A stretch of 64,000 nucleotides of DNA from Dehalococcoidia bacterium. Lineage in GTDB: Bacteria; Chloroflexota; Dehalococcoidia; GIF9; UBA5629. Made by a program: the position numbers and the translations under genes. Location of the stretch: the NCBI GenBank assembly GCA_011170325.1, contig DUEX01000002.1:1462-65461 (forward strand), given 5' to 3'. The notes below the pieces were generated by a model that made no database searches, was not told the DNA's origin, and saw only the letters and a list, made by a program, of their open reading frames with translations. This document shows positions 34,819 through 45,580 of this stretch, piece by piece (positions within the stretch are counted from its first letter, which is position 1; every line of letters starts with the position of its first letter).

Positions 34819-36777
34819 TTGACAAATTCATTAAAATGTGATGGGAGAAAGACTATGGTAAATACATCTTTATCTTTTGAGTCCACATACTGGCCATTCA
34901 AGAGATATACGGAAGTATACAAGCGGTCGCTGCAAGACCCTGAAGGTTTCTGGGCTGAAGAAGCTCGCAAGCTAGACTGGTTCAAGACCTGGGACACCGT
35001 TCTCGAATGGCAACCACCCTTCGCTCAGTGGTTTGTCGGTGGTGAACTTAATGCCTGCTATCAATGCGTCGACCGCCATGTTAAAACCTGGCGGAGAAGT
35101 AAAGTTGCCATATATTGGGAAGGTGAGCCAGGCGACAGCCGGGTTTTAAGCTACTCCACCCTCTATAGATGGGTCAATAAATTCGCTTCAGTCCTCAAGA
35201 ATCTAGGTATAGGCAAGGGGGATAGGGTTACTCTATATTTGCCAATGGTACCTGAGTTACCCATATTTATGCTAGCTTGCGCTAGAATTGGAGCTGTTCA
35301 TACTGTTGTATTCTCTGGTTTCAGCGCCCAGGCTCTAGCCGATAGGATTAACGATACCCAGGCCAAACTCCTAGTTACGGCTGATGCGGGCTTCAGAAGA
35401 GGTAAACTCTTAGAACTAAAGAATATAAGCGATGAAGCCGTAAGGCTATCACCCTCGATCGAAAAGGTAATAGTAGCTAGAAGAGGTAACGTAATCCCGA
35501 AAATGAAGCCGAGACGAGATTTCTGGCTTCATGATTTACTTGATAAAGCTGTTGTCTTCGTGCCTGCTGAACCTGTTGAGTCCACTCACCCTCTTTACAT
35601 TCTCTACACCTCAGGAACCACCGGGAAGCCTAAGGGTATCATCCATGGCACTGGCGGCTACCTTGTTTTTAATAATTCCGCCTATAAATGGGTTTTTGAT
35701 ATAAAAGAGGAATCTGTTTATTGGTGCAGTGCCGATGTTGGCTGGGTTACCGGACATAGCTCCATAGTTTACGCCCCTCTATGCCACGGCGCTGCCATAG
35801 TCCTTTACGAAGGAGCCCCTGATTATCCCTCAGTAGATAGATGGTGGGACATCATCGAGAAATACGGAGTTACCATATTTTATACATCACCTACTGGCAT
35901 CAGGATGCTTATGAAATATGGTGAAGACGAAGTCAAAAAACACGACTTGAGTAGTCTAGAGTTGCTAGGCAGCGTTGGTGAGGCTATCAATCCCGAAGCC
36001 TGGCAGTGGTACTATGAGAATATTGGCGGCGAAAGATGCCCTATAGTGGATACTTGGTGGCAAACCGAAACTGGCGGCATAATGATATCACCAGCCCCAG
36101 GCATAGAATACGCCCCTCTTAAGCCAGGCTCAGCGACCTTCCCCCTACCCGGAGTCAACGCTGATATTGTTGATGAAAATGGCAAATCAGTGCCAACCGG
36201 AGAGAAAGGATATTTAGTTATAAAAACCCCATGGCCCGGAATGCTTATGGGCATCTACCAAGACCCGCAAAGGTATAAAGAAACCTACTGGTCTAAATTT
36301 CCCGGCATGTTTTACACTGGTGATTATGCGATTAAGGACAAGGATGGTTATTTCTGGTTGTTAGGTAGAGCCGATGAAGTCCTCAAGATAGCCGGGCATA
36401 GAGTAGGCACAATAGAAATAGAAGATGCTGTTGTATCACATCAAGCCGTGACTGAGGCGGCGGTAGCCAGCAAGCCTGATCCGGTCAAAGGGGAAAGCAT
36501 AGTCGTCTTTGCTACACTCAAGCAGGCAGTATCGCCTTCACTACAATTGAAAAGTGAGATAAGGCAGCATATACGCCGCACACTGGGGCCTATAGCCACT
36601 CCTGATGAAATCTATTTTGTAGCCAAATTACCCAAGACACGAAGCGGGAAAATAATGAGACGTATCCTCAAAGCAGTAGCCAGCGGCAGCAATATTGGCG
36701 ATTTGACTACTCTAGAAGACGAAGCTTCGGTAGACGAGGTTAGAAAAGCCTACGAAGAGCTTAAAAAAGAAGTATAA
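34819..36777 (+). CDS. acs: Acetyl-CoA synthetase (AMP-forming).
   Basis: AMP-binding motif YTSGTTGKPKG. Conserved DPEGFWAE N-terminus. C-terminal catalytic Lys region (PKTRSGKIMRR). Probable start at 34855 (MVNTSL). Confidence 0.95.
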   Translation: MTNSLKCDGRKTMVNTSLSFESTYWPFKRYTEVYKRSLQDPEGFWAEEARKLDWFKTWDTVLEWQPPFAQWFVGGELNACYQCVDRHVKTWRRSKVAIYWEGEPGDSRVLSYSTLYRWVNKFASVLKNLGIGKGDRVTLYLPMVPELPIFMLACARIGAVHTVVFSGFSAQALADRINDTQAKLLVTADAGFRRGKLLELKNISDEAVRLSPSIEKVIVARRGNVIPKMKPRRDFWLHDLLDKAVVFVPAEPVESTHPLYILYTSGTTGKPKGIIHGTGGYLVFNNSAYKWVFDIKEESVYWCSADVGWVTGHSSIVYAPLCHGAAIVLYEGAPDYPSVDRWWDIIEKYGVTIFYTSPTGIRMLMKYGEDEVKKHDLSSLELLGSVGEAINPEAWQWYYENIGGERCPIVDTWWQTETGGIMISPAPGIEYAPLKPGSATFPLPGVNADIVDENGKSVPTGEKGYLVIKTPWPGMLMGIYQDPQRYKETYWSKFPGMFYTGDYAIKDKDGYFWLLGRADEVLKIAGHRVGTIEIEDAVVSHQAVTEAAVASKPDPVKGESIVVFATLKQAVSPSLQLKSEIRQHIRRTLGPIATPDEIYFVAKLPKTRSGKIMRRILKAVASGSNIGDLTTLEDEASVDEVRKAYEELKKEV

Positions 36778-36864
36778 AGGGTGCACTTAACTATCCAGAA
36801 AAATTTGACTTCTAATTCAAAAACCACTAGTCTATAGTTCTCAGAGTTATAGCAGGATAATAAT

Positions 36865-37515
36865 ATGGAACGACTTGAACTCGAAGTCTCCAAACGGGAG
36901 ATAACTGGCAAAAAAGTAAGATTTCTGCGCCGTGAAGACATTGTCCCGGCTAAACTCTACGGACACGGAATCGATTCCATTCCTCTACAGGTTGATACCA
37001 AGCGCTTGAAGCAAATATTGGCTCAGGCTGGCAAGACCGATCTCATTTCCCTCAAGATTGCCGATTTAAAAACGTCGAGAAAGGCAATAGTGCGCGAAGT
37101 TCAAAAAAATCCGCTCACCGATGAGCTGCTCCATGTGGACTTCTATCAGGTCAAGATGACTGAGAAAATAAAGGCCGAGGTTCCCTTAGTATTCACCGGA
37201 GATGCGCCGGTGCTGAAAAGCAAGGATACCTCCTTGCTTCGCCTCCTCGATTCCCTACTTATAGAAGCCCTGCCCGATGCCTTGCCCCACAACTTTGAAG
37301 TAGACTTATCAAACCTTGAAGAGACCGACCAAGCAATCCATGTTAAAGACATTCGACTAGGCGATGGGGTCACTCTTCTCAGCGACCCAGAGCAGATGGT
37401 AGTTAAGGTAGTCGAGGCCCGCCGAGAGGCTGTGGTGGTTGAGGCAGTCGAAGCTGAGGTTGAGGAGGTGGCAGCAGAGCCGGAGGCTGAGGTTGAGCCT
37501 AGTGCCGAGGAGTAG
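36865..37515 (+). CDS. rplY: 50S ribosomal protein L25 / general stress protein Ctc with acidic C-terminal extension.
   Basis: 216 aa. N-terminal L25 fold (RFLRREDIVPAKLYGHG...PLQVD). C-terminal tail EAVEAEVEEVAAEPEAEVEPSAEE. Confidence 0.85.
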   Translation: MERLELEVSKREITGKKVRFLRREDIVPAKLYGHGIDSIPLQVDTKRLKQILAQAGKTDLISLKIADLKTSRKAIVREVQKNPLTDELLHVDFYQVKMTEKIKAEVPLVFTGDAPVLKSKDTSLLRLLDSLLIEALPDALPHNFEVDLSNLEETDQAIHVKDIRLGDGVTLLSDPEQMVVKVVEARREAVVVEAVEAEVEEVAAEPEAEVEPSAEE

Positions 37516-37581
37516 TATCACAAGCCCCAACATAGTTAGCCCAAGCTAAAGATAAGTCCCTTTGAAGTCGCTTACACGAGT

Positions 37582-38397
37582 CTAGCTATGAGCTGAGATA
37601 AAGTCCCGCAACGCTTGGAGGTACTGCTCCATGCCTCCCAAGAAAATGGTGTTGTGGTCAACCCCTGGAATTATAAGCAAGCGTTTGTCTTTTGTATCAA
37701 CATTATCATAAAGCATTTTGCCCTCTTGGAGGGGAACAATTTGGTCATACTCACCGTGCATAACCAAAGTGGGAATAGAAACCTTTCGAATAAGTTCAAG
37801 CCCAGAAGGTGTCTCTCCTCTGGTAAGGCCAAGAGCTTTGACTGGAAAGCCCAAATATTCAAATAAGTTAAATATATTGGCAAAGCCGCTTTCCACAATC
37901 AGCCCACCAAGTTGACTTTGGTAATGGTAGGTAAGCTCAATAGCAGATGCGCTTCCCAAGGAACGTCCCATAATAAAGAGACTTCCTGAACACCCTTTTT
38001 CCTTGAGCATCTGCTTAAAGCCTTCAAATATTTGATGGGCATCCTTTATCATATTAGTAAGTGTAGGCTTGCCTCCACTCAAACCGTAGCCTCTATAGTC
38101 AGCGACAAAGAGATTAAGTCCAATCTGATTATAAATAGAGCCAATGGCATCATAATCACTAGCTATCTCGCCATTACCATGAAAAAACAAAATATTGGGA
38201 GACCTCTCGTTGCCAAAATAAAAGCGGCAGGAAATGGAAACCGCGTCATCAACAGGGATGAGGCAAGCTATAGCGTTGGCTACCCTTGGTGTCTCAGAAA
38301 AGTCCTTGCGAGGGTAAAAAATGAATTGCAAAACCTCCAGCCGGTCCAGAGCCGAAAGCTCACCCCATGGCTGAGCCATTTCCCCTCCTACTGGCAC
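37582..38397 (-). CDS. Alpha/beta hydrolase.
   Basis: 271 aa. Nucleophile elbow GRSLGSA (GxSxG). HG oxyanion motif (ILFFHGNG). Confidence 0.75.
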   Translation of the reverse strand: MPVGGEMAQPWGELSALDRLEVLQFIFYPRKDFSETPRVANAIACLIPVDDAVSISCRFYFGNERSPNILFFHGNGEIASDYDAIGSIYNQIGLNLFVADYRGYGLSGGKPTLTNMIKDAHQIFEGFKQMLKEKGCSGSLFIMGRSLGSASAIELTYHYQSQLGGLIVESGFANIFNLFEYLGFPVKALGLTRGETPSGLELIRKVSIPTLVMHGEYDQIVPLQEGKMLYDNVDTKDKRLLIIPGVDHNTIFLGGMEQYLQALRDFISAHS

Positions 38398-38852
38398 TAA
38401 AGCTCAATTATTTCTCCTGTGGCATCTGCCCCGATTATCAAGATACCAAAGGACCTCCTAGCTTGACCCGGGTTAAAAAAGAGTAGGCCTCCAATTGTCT
38501 CATTTTTCACCTTATGGGTATGTCCATATATGATGACATCCACCTCATCGAACATCCCTCTTACCCTGTTCTCTATTCCCCAGGGTGCACCTGAGCCATG
38601 GGTAATCCCTATTTTCTTGCCGCCAATTACAACCAGCTGCTTCTCTGGAAGTATGCTTCTAAGCTCAGCCGAGTCCATGTTGCCTCGAACGGCCTTTACC
38701 TCACCCAGTTGCCTCAACCCCTCAAGTACTCCCAAGGTGGTGAAATCTCCAGCATGGACTATCAAATCCACATTTGAAAGAGCCTTGAGCACCTCCTGAG
38801 GTACTTCTCCAAATGAACGCATATGAGTATCAGAAAGCACACCTATTCTCAC
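38397..38852 (-). CDS. YfcE/MJ0936-type metallophosphoesterase.
   Basis: 151 aa. MRIGVLSDTHM, VHAGDF, GNMD and GHTH calcineurin-like motifs. Confidence 0.85.
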   Translation of the reverse strand: MRIGVLSDTHMRSFGEVPQEVLKALSNVDLIVHAGDFTTLGVLEGLRQLGEVKAVRGNMDSAELRSILPEKQLVVIGGKKIGITHGSGAPWGIENRVRGMFDEVDVIIYGHTHKVKNETIGGLLFFNPGQARRSFGILIIGADATGEIIEL

Positions 38853-38887
38853 CGAAATGCCTCCTATATCCTACAAAATCCCTATTA

Positions 38888-39610
38888 TTAGCTCCCCGAG
38901 CCTAAACAGAAATCCAATGCAGCCTCTGCATGAATCCTAGTCGTATCAAGGACTGGAATGCCAAGGATTTCCTCGGAAAGAATCAGGGGCAACTCCGTAC
39001 ACCCCAGTATCAATGCTTCAATACCTTCCTTGTCCACCAGCCTCTGGGCAATCTTCGATAATTCCCGACGAGTTTTACTAATGACACGACCAATCACAAG
39101 CTCGGTCATGATCTTATCGTGGATATAATCCTGGTCATTTCCCTCTGGAACAACCACGGAAACACCGTATTTCTTCGAAAGCAGATTGTTATAAAAACCG
39201 TCCTGCATGGTGTATTTTGTGCCAAACAAGCCGACTTTACCAAATCCTGAGTCTTTGGCGGCCCTGCCAGTTTCTTCAACGATACTCAAAAGAGGGATGG
39301 GCGACCTAGCAGCAACATCCTCAAAAACTATATGTGGTGTATTCGATGCCATAAGAGCGAACTCTGCACCTGCATTACACAATGAATTGACCCCCTCGCA
39401 GAGTTTAGTAACTAGTTTTGGCAAATCTCCCGATTCTACTAAGTCAATAAACTCTTGAAAGTTCAGGCTGCGTATGATAATTACAGGATAATTGTGTCCC
39501 ATCCCCCTTCGGCGGCAAAGAGTAGTAATAATGCGATAATACTCTATCGTCGACTCCGGAGCCATTCCTCCCAGGATACCCATACGCTTCACATCTTCCC
39601 CTTCAAGCAC
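38888..39610 (-). CDS. Asp/Glu/hydantoin racemase-family protein.
   Basis: GILGGMAPEST and ILGCTELPL motifs with two catalytic Cys regions. The true start is probably MGILGG, a few codons in. Confidence 0.75.
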   Translation of the reverse strand: MLEGEDVKRMGILGGMAPESTIEYYRIITTLCRRRGMGHNYPVIIIRSLNFQEFIDLVESGDLPKLVTKLCEGVNSLCNAGAEFALMASNTPHIVFEDVAARSPIPLLSIVEETGRAAKDSGFGKVGLFGTKYTMQDGFYNNLLSKKYGVSVVVPEGNDQDYIHDKIMTELVIGRVISKTRRELSKIAQRLVDKEGIEALILGCTELPLILSEEILGIPVLDTTRIHAEAALDFCLGSGS

Positions 39611-39659
39611 CCTAGGTAATCTGCGGCCACTTCCCTGACCATCTCTCTCAATTCAAGAG

Positions 39660-40151
39660 CTACTTTTTGCCCAGTTGCTCCACTATCATCTGGGCTGCCA
39701 TTCGACTAGCTTTACCTACTACATTAGAGACTACATCATAGAATCCCTTTTCTCTGGCCTCTTCATACTGTCGGATATCAGATAAGTCATAGTAACGCCC
39801 TACCTTTGCTAGCTGAATATCACGACAGCGAGGGCTACCGAACTCCTTTACAAACCTTCGCCAATATCTGTAGGCGGCTGTCAGTGCCTCCGAAAGTTTA
39901 GCTTCATCTGCAAAATCTTCACTGGCGGTAACCATACCTATTGCCATTATGCCGCCCAACAGGGCACCACAAGTTTCACCTCTCATGCCAATGCCAGCTG
40001 CCAGAGGAGTGGCTGCCTTAAGCGCCCACCCGTCCCCCAGCTTGAGATGCTCCTGGATAGGCCGTAAGGCGCAACGGGAACAGCCATGATACTTTAGCTC
40101 ATAATCGTGGGCTTCCTTCTCAATTGTGTCTAAAATTTCCTCGTTCGTCAT
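39660..40151 (-). CDS. C_GCAxxG_C_C-family putative redox-active protein.
   Basis: 163 aa. Cys near the N-terminus (HGCSRCAL) and the GETCGALLGG core matching the GCAxxG motif. Later Cys (SPRC). Confidence 0.55.
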   Translation of the reverse strand: MTNEEILDTIEKEAHDYELKYHGCSRCALRPIQEHLKLGDGWALKAATPLAAGIGMRGETCGALLGGIMAIGMVTASEDFADEAKLSEALTAAYRYWRRFVKEFGSPRCRDIQLAKVGRYYDLSDIRQYEEAREKGFYDVVSNVVGKASRMAAQMIVEQLGKK

Positions 40152-40169
40152 CTCAGACCTCCTTTTTGG

Positions 40170-40931
40170 TTAAAATATTATTTCCAGTTTTCCCAAATAA
40201 TGCCGCCCACCGAAAACGGAATCCCAAAGGTTTTCCAGAAATTCTCCGATAGCCCGATTTACTTCATCAGGTTTCTCCATAAAAACAAAGTGAGTGCCGC
40301 CTTCAATAATGGCCAGTTTGGCACCGCTGATTTTGGTGGCTAAATACTGAGAGCATTTAACCGGTGTCAGCTCGTCCTCACTGCCACAGATAACTAAGGT
40401 AGGAACTCCGATGTGGTGGACTTTGTCCATAATATCGAATCTATCACAGCATTGAAAATCATTAAGTTGCACCCGAGCGCCTACCTCAGCCACTTTCTTA
40501 ATCACTGTCTCCCTCAGCTCAGGGGCTAGCCGACTATAGTGGGGTTCAACAAATTTCTTAAGCCAAGTAGGAGGGTCATCAATCCCGGCCTCCATCAAGC
40601 CGAGAAATTCAGGATTTACCCTCATTCTGGCGCCACTGCCAATAAGGACGAGACCCTTAATATCCTGAGGATAGTTTAAAGCATACGCCTGAGCAATAGC
40701 ACCGCCCATAGAAGAACCCACTAAAACTGGCTTAGAATAGCCTCGGTCAAGAATATATTGATGGAGCCAATCGGCATAATCTTCAATGCTGGTACAAGGC
40801 TTGCCTTCAGGATGACCGGGAAGGTTGATGGCTTCTGAGTCAGAGAAGTGTTCAGTTTGATAATGCCAGACCGAGTTGGTATTGCCGGCACCGGGGATAA
40901 AGATTAACTTCATTGTAGTCTCCTTAGTCAA
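40170..40931 (-). CDS. Alpha/beta hydrolase.
   Basis: 253 aa. GSSMGGAIA nucleophile elbow. C-terminal His (GGTHF). Confidence 0.8.
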   Translation of the reverse strand: MTKETTMKLIFIPGAGNTNSVWHYQTEHFSDSEAINLPGHPEGKPCTSIEDYADWLHQYILDRGYSKPVLVGSSMGGAIAQAYALNYPQDIKGLVLIGSGARMRVNPEFLGLMEAGIDDPPTWLKKFVEPHYSRLAPELRETVIKKVAEVGARVQLNDFQCCDRFDIMDKVHHIGVPTLVICGSEDELTPVKCSQYLATKISGAKLAIIEGGTHFVFMEKPDEVNRAIGEFLENLWDSVFGGRHYLGKLEIIF

Positions 40932-41192
40932 GCATTCCCTTCGGCGGTCACCTTATTCCATCCAAAATTTTACTTATCGGCTAGTTGCCCTATTCTACAC
41001 TACCGATGACTAGATAATAAAGGTATGAGTCTTCAACCTGCCGCCTCAAACAATCTAAAACTTACTACAGCATAGATACCATCAGTTCCGTCCTTGCTCT
41101 CCACTTCAGCAATGCAGTAACAATAGCCATTACCCCAGTTGTTACCTCCAATAGCTCAACATCCAGAGATACTACCTCAAGAGGTCGAAAGC

Positions 41193-41801
41193 TCATCCTA
41201 AAATTCCCAGAACACCTTGGCGGATCATTTTTATAGCAATAGCCGCCAGAAAGAGACTAACTACCTTAGATGCTGCCCTGACTCCACCTTGCCCCAGAAA
41301 AGCTACTACTCGGTTAGCCTGAGCAAAAAGTAGCCAAGCTATTGACAGATTAATGATGAAAGAGGCTATCACGATAATAGTGGAGTACTGGTCAATGAGT
41401 ATCAACAGAGTAGTAAGCACCGCTGGCCCCACTACCAGAGGAGTGCCTAAGGGGACAACGCCTATCATCTCAGCTCCAACTGAAGCTTGAGCCTCCACCA
41501 TTTTGCCAGTGATTAAATCTTTGGCAGCTAAAAGCAAGAGAATAAGCCCGCCAGCAACTAGAAAGTCAGCTACTTCAATGCCCAAAAAGAGGAAAATACC
41601 CTTACCAATGGCAACAAAACCTAAACCCAAACCCAAAGCAGTAAATATAGCCAAGCGTACTACGCGACTACGCTCGCTAACTTTCATATTCTGCGTCAAG
41701 GGAAGCAATATAGGCAAAACACCAATGGCATCCATAGCTACAAAGAGAGGAACAAAAGTTAAACCGAATTCCTGTAAAATCTGGATAACCTTTTCCATCA
41801 A
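41193..41801 (-). CDS. MarC-family integral membrane protein.
   Basis: 202 aa with ~6 TM segments. Gly-rich helices typical of UPF0056/MarC. Confidence 0.6.
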   Translation of the reverse strand: MMEKVIQILQEFGLTFVPLFVAMDAIGVLPILLPLTQNMKVSERSRVVRLAIFTALGLGLGFVAIGKGIFLFLGIEVADFLVAGGLILLLLAAKDLITGKMVEAQASVGAEMIGVVPLGTPLVVGPAVLTTLLILIDQYSTIIVIASFIINLSIAWLLFAQANRVVAFLGQGGVRAASKVVSLFLAAIAIKMIRQGVLGILG

Positions 41802-41822
41802 TAATAAATAGGAGAAGCGCCC

Positions 41823-44282
41823 CTATTCAGCTGCGGCTCTATCGTCCTCTCTATTCTCTCCCTGATGGATGTAAGCAATAGAAACCACCTTGTCATCTCG
41901 ATCAAGCTTATTCAAATGCACTCCCTGAGTAGCTCTGCCCTGAAGAGGAATCTCTTCATCGACAGGGATACGGATGACAATACCCTTAGCCGAAATAATG
42001 ATAAGGTGCTGAGAGAGAGGAATAAGCTTAGCTGCAATAACCCTGCCCGTTTTTTCAGTAACCCTGTGAGCACGTAGCCCTTTGCCACCTCGAGCTTGTG
42101 CAGGATAGCTGCTTACACGGCTGAGCTTACCAAAGCCATTCTCAGTAACCGTCAGAAGATGAGCATCAGGAAAGACAGTATCCATGCCCACCAGCCGGTC
42201 ATCAGGGCTAAGTCTAATGCCACGCACACCACCGCTAACCCGAGAGGCATCTCGCAAATCCTTCACAGCAAATTTAATGGCTTGCCCATTTTGAGTTATC
42301 AGGATAACTTTGTCTGTTTCAGTTACCACATCAGCTGCAATCAACTCTTCCTCACCTGGAAGCCTCATAGCGATAAGCCCACTACTTCGGACCGAGGCAA
42401 ACCTGCCAAAGCTGGTCTTTTTTACTATCCCTCTGGAAGTAGCCATAACCATAAACGAGCCAGGAGCAGAATCCTTTGCCACCACCAAAGCAGTTATCCG
42501 TTCCGTTGGATCGACAGGCAGCAGATTCGCTAGAGCCGTCCCCTTCGTCGTTCGGGATATATCCTGAGGGATATCATAACATCTAAGCCGGTAAACCTTA
42601 CCTCGATTGGTAAACAGCAGCAAGCTATCATGAGTATCAGCTACCAAAAGTTGTCTCACCACATCAGTTTCCCGCGTTGCCATCCCCATAATACCTCGAC
42701 CTCCCCGATGTTGCTTCTGATAAGTGGTGGCCAGTATCCTCTTGATATATCCCTGTTCGCTCAGCGTAATCACTACATTTTGGTGGGGGATAAGGTCCTC
42801 ATCCTGAAATTCCTCAGCCTCCTCCCGCTTAATCAAAGTACATCGACGACCACCATAATTGGACTTAAGCTCAGTGACATCCTGCTGAATGAGGAAGAGT
42901 ATCTTCTTCGGATTTGCCAAAAGGTCTTCAAGATAAGCGATAGTCTTAACCGTCTCACTATACTCATCAACTATCTTCTTTTGCTCCAGATGAGCCAAAC
43001 GACGTAGCTGCATATCCAGAATTGCCTGTGCCTGAATTTGAGACAAACTAAAACTATTCATCAAATTGGTTCGAGCTGAATCAGCAGTTTCCGACTTTCG
43101 AATAGTCTCAATAACCTGATCCAGGTGGTCAAGAGCAATTCTGAAGCCCTCTAGAATATGGGCTCTGTCCCTCGCCTTCTGGAGTTCAAACTGGCAACGT
43201 CGAGTAATAACCTGCTTACGAAAATCTATATAGCAAGTCAAAGCCTCCTTTAGATTAATCACCTGAGGCTGACCATCAACCAAAGCTAGCATGTTAATAA
43301 AGAAAGCCGACTGCATTGATGTATACTTGTAAAGGTTATTGAGCACCTTAGCGGGTTGGGCTTCCTTTCTCAGCTCTATAACCATTCTCATACCTTGACG
43401 GTCTGACTCATCACGAACCTCATTTATACCCTCAATCTTCCTTTCCTTAGCCAGTTCAGCTATTCTCTCCACTAAGGCAGCTTTATTGGTTTGGTAAGGA
43501 AGTTCGGTAATGACTAACCGACCACGTCCGCTTTTCAGGCTCTCCTCAGTGACTTTAGCCCGAACCACAACCTTGCCTTGTCCACTGGCATAAGCATCCT
43601 TAACACCTTTCCGACCCCAAATTATGCCCGCAGTGGGAAAATCCGGACCTTTCACAAATTGCATTAACTCGTCTACGTCAGCCTCAGAATTATCAATGAG
43701 ATAATTAACAGCGTCGCATATCTCGCTAAGGTTGTGAGGAGGGATATTGGTAGCCATACCCACAGCAATACCCGATGAACCATTCACCAGCAGATTAGGC
43801 AATCTAGCTGGCAAAACTGACGGCTCCTTCAAACTACCATCAAAATTGGGTACAAAATCAACTGTATCTTTATCAATATCAACCAGCATCTCCTCAGCAA
43901 TTTTTGCCAGGCGTGCCTCGGTATAACGCATAGCCGCTGGCGGATCATTATCCATACTGCCAAAATTACCCTGCCCATCAACCAAGCTATACCTCATGGA
44001 AAAATCTTGCGCCATTCTCACCATAGCTTCATATACCGGGGCATCTCCATGAGGATGATACTTGCCAAGCACCTCACCAACTATACGAGCACTCTTTTTA
44101 TACGAGCCAGTATGACGGAGCCCCAGCCCATCCATAGCATAGAGAATACGCCGATGCACTGGCTTTAAACCGTCGCGCACGTCAGGTAAGGCTCGAGAAA
44201 CTATAACGCTCATAGCATAGTCAAGGTAGGAGCTTTTCATCTCCTCTTCAATGACGACTGGCTTAACTACTCCAACTTGCAT
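41823..44282 (-). CDS. gyrA: DNA gyrase subunit A.
   Basis: 819 aa. Active-site AMRYTEARL (Tyr). GKYHPHGD quinolone-resistance-region motif. C-terminal beta-pinwheel repeats. Confidence 0.95.
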   Translation of the reverse strand: MQVGVVKPVVIEEEMKSSYLDYAMSVIVSRALPDVRDGLKPVHRRILYAMDGLGLRHTGSYKKSARIVGEVLGKYHPHGDAPVYEAMVRMAQDFSMRYSLVDGQGNFGSMDNDPPAAMRYTEARLAKIAEEMLVDIDKDTVDFVPNFDGSLKEPSVLPARLPNLLVNGSSGIAVGMATNIPPHNLSEICDAVNYLIDNSEADVDELMQFVKGPDFPTAGIIWGRKGVKDAYASGQGKVVVRAKVTEESLKSGRGRLVITELPYQTNKAALVERIAELAKERKIEGINEVRDESDRQGMRMVIELRKEAQPAKVLNNLYKYTSMQSAFFINMLALVDGQPQVINLKEALTCYIDFRKQVITRRCQFELQKARDRAHILEGFRIALDHLDQVIETIRKSETADSARTNLMNSFSLSQIQAQAILDMQLRRLAHLEQKKIVDEYSETVKTIAYLEDLLANPKKILFLIQQDVTELKSNYGGRRCTLIKREEAEEFQDEDLIPHQNVVITLSEQGYIKRILATTYQKQHRGGRGIMGMATRETDVVRQLLVADTHDSLLLFTNRGKVYRLRCYDIPQDISRTTKGTALANLLPVDPTERITALVVAKDSAPGSFMVMATSRGIVKKTSFGRFASVRSSGLIAMRLPGEEELIAADVVTETDKVILITQNGQAIKFAVKDLRDASRVSGGVRGIRLSPDDRLVGMDTVFPDAHLLTVTENGFGKLSRVSSYPAQARGGKGLRAHRVTEKTGRVIAAKLIPLSQHLIIISAKGIVIRIPVDEEIPLQGRATQGVHLNKLDRDDKVVSIAYIHQGENREDDRAAAE

Positions 44283-44286
44283 TCCA

Positions 44287-45141
44287 CTACTCCTCTTCCA
44301 TCGACTCGTCTTCTGTTGTTTCTTCAGGGGCTACCCCCTCAAATATGGAAAAACCTTCGGGCAAGAGTTCGCCCTCCTCTAAATCTGGATATTCAGCCTC
44401 CTCCAAAGTTTCCTCATCCACGGCACCATGCCTGAGAAGGGTATCCTTGACATGAGGGTGAAAGCCCTCAACTGCCTTAACCGGGAAGGAAAGCCGCCCC
44501 ACCTGACTTGGGTGTTGAAATGCCTCGCGTATGATGACCTTTGCCCTATCATTACCAAGGCTAACAATAGCCGCAGTGTACTCATTGCCGCCTTCTATCA
44601 ACTTAGCCAAGCGAAAACCATGCTGGAGTTCAACTTGCCCCAGATATTCCCCTCGCTCATTTTCCACGGTAAGCTGCTGCCCCCTTACCTTCAAATAAAC
44701 CTGGTCACCGGCAGCCATCTTAGCTAATATCTCTTGATGCGCCAAGTTTTGGAGATTTACCACCCCAGCTTTGCCCACCTCACCGATGAAAAGATGAGGG
44801 GGAACCTTACGGCGGTCGTCTTTCACTGCCGCCTGAGTCTCCCGCAACTGAGATAGACGATCGAGATTTTTCCTAGCGATAATATTATTGGGGGCAAACT
44901 CTAAAGCTCGGCTATAAGCTTCTTTAGCTTGGGCAAACTCGCCCAACTCCGTAAGAGCTTTGCCCAAGCGATTATAGGCATCGACATCAGTAGGCAAGTT
45001 TTCAATTATGCTCTGGTTAACAGCTACCGCTTCCCTCCACCGACCCTGCATAGCCAAAGCAATAGCTTCCTGGCTCATTTGCCGCCCTAGTCTAGCCTTA
45101 TCTTCTCCAGGGTCAATCATTCCTCTTCTCTTAAGTACCAC
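44287..45141 (-). CDS. TPR-repeat protein with acidic C-terminal tail, immediately upstream of and probably co-transcribed with gyrA.
   Basis: 284 aa. N-terminal TPR-like helices ([32 protein letters not shown]). C-terminal [18 protein letters not shown]...[12 protein letters not shown]. 4-nt gap to gyrA. Confidence 0.55.
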   Translation of the reverse strand: MVLKRRGMIDPGEDKARLGRQMSQEAIALAMQGRWREAVAVNQSIIENLPTDVDAYNRLGKALTELGEFAQAKEAYSRALEFAPNNIIARKNLDRLSQLRETQAAVKDDRRKVPPHLFIGEVGKAGVVNLQNLAHQEILAKMAAGDQVYLKVRGQQLTVENERGEYLGQVELQHGFRLAKLIEGGNEYTAAIVSLGNDRAKVIIREAFQHPSQVGRLSFPVKAVEGFHPHVKDTLLRHGAVDEETLEEAEYPDLEEGELLPEGFSIFEGVAPEETTEDESMEEE

Positions 45142-45358
45142 TCTAGCAATCTGTCTATTTCAGACACAAATTACCCCAAAGTATTTTTGAAAGGCAACTT
45201 TAGCATTCAAGCTAAAAATATTTTAGACTAGCCATATTAATAAAACAAGCAAGCGGTATCAAGCGCCCCGAGCCAGGTCATGTTAATTTGACAATGCCAG
45301 CTAGCTATGCTAACCTAGCATTTCAATTCGTATAAGTCAACACCAGAAAGGAGAATTC

Positions 45359-45577
45359 ATGCGAGACAAGGTAGAAGAAATCCTAGACCGGGTCCGACCT
45401 AGCCTCCGTGCTGATGGTGGAGATGTAGAACTAGTCGATGTCAAGGACGGCATAGTCAGTGTAAAACTTACCGGTGCCTGCTCAGGATGCCCTATGTCAA
45501 CTCTCACCTTAAAAAACGGCATAGAGCGTTTCTTAAAAGAAGAAATATCCGACATAAAAGAAGTAGTCGCTATGTAG
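45359..45577 (+). CDS. NifU-like (Nfu) Fe-S cluster scaffold domain protein.
   Basis: 72 aa. CSGCPMS CxxC motif in the typical Nfu C-domain context. Confidence 0.8.
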   Translation: MRDKVEEILDRVRPSLRADGGDVELVDVKDGIVSVKLTGACSGCPMSTLTLKNGIERFLKEEISDIKEVVAM

Positions 45578-45580
45578 CAA

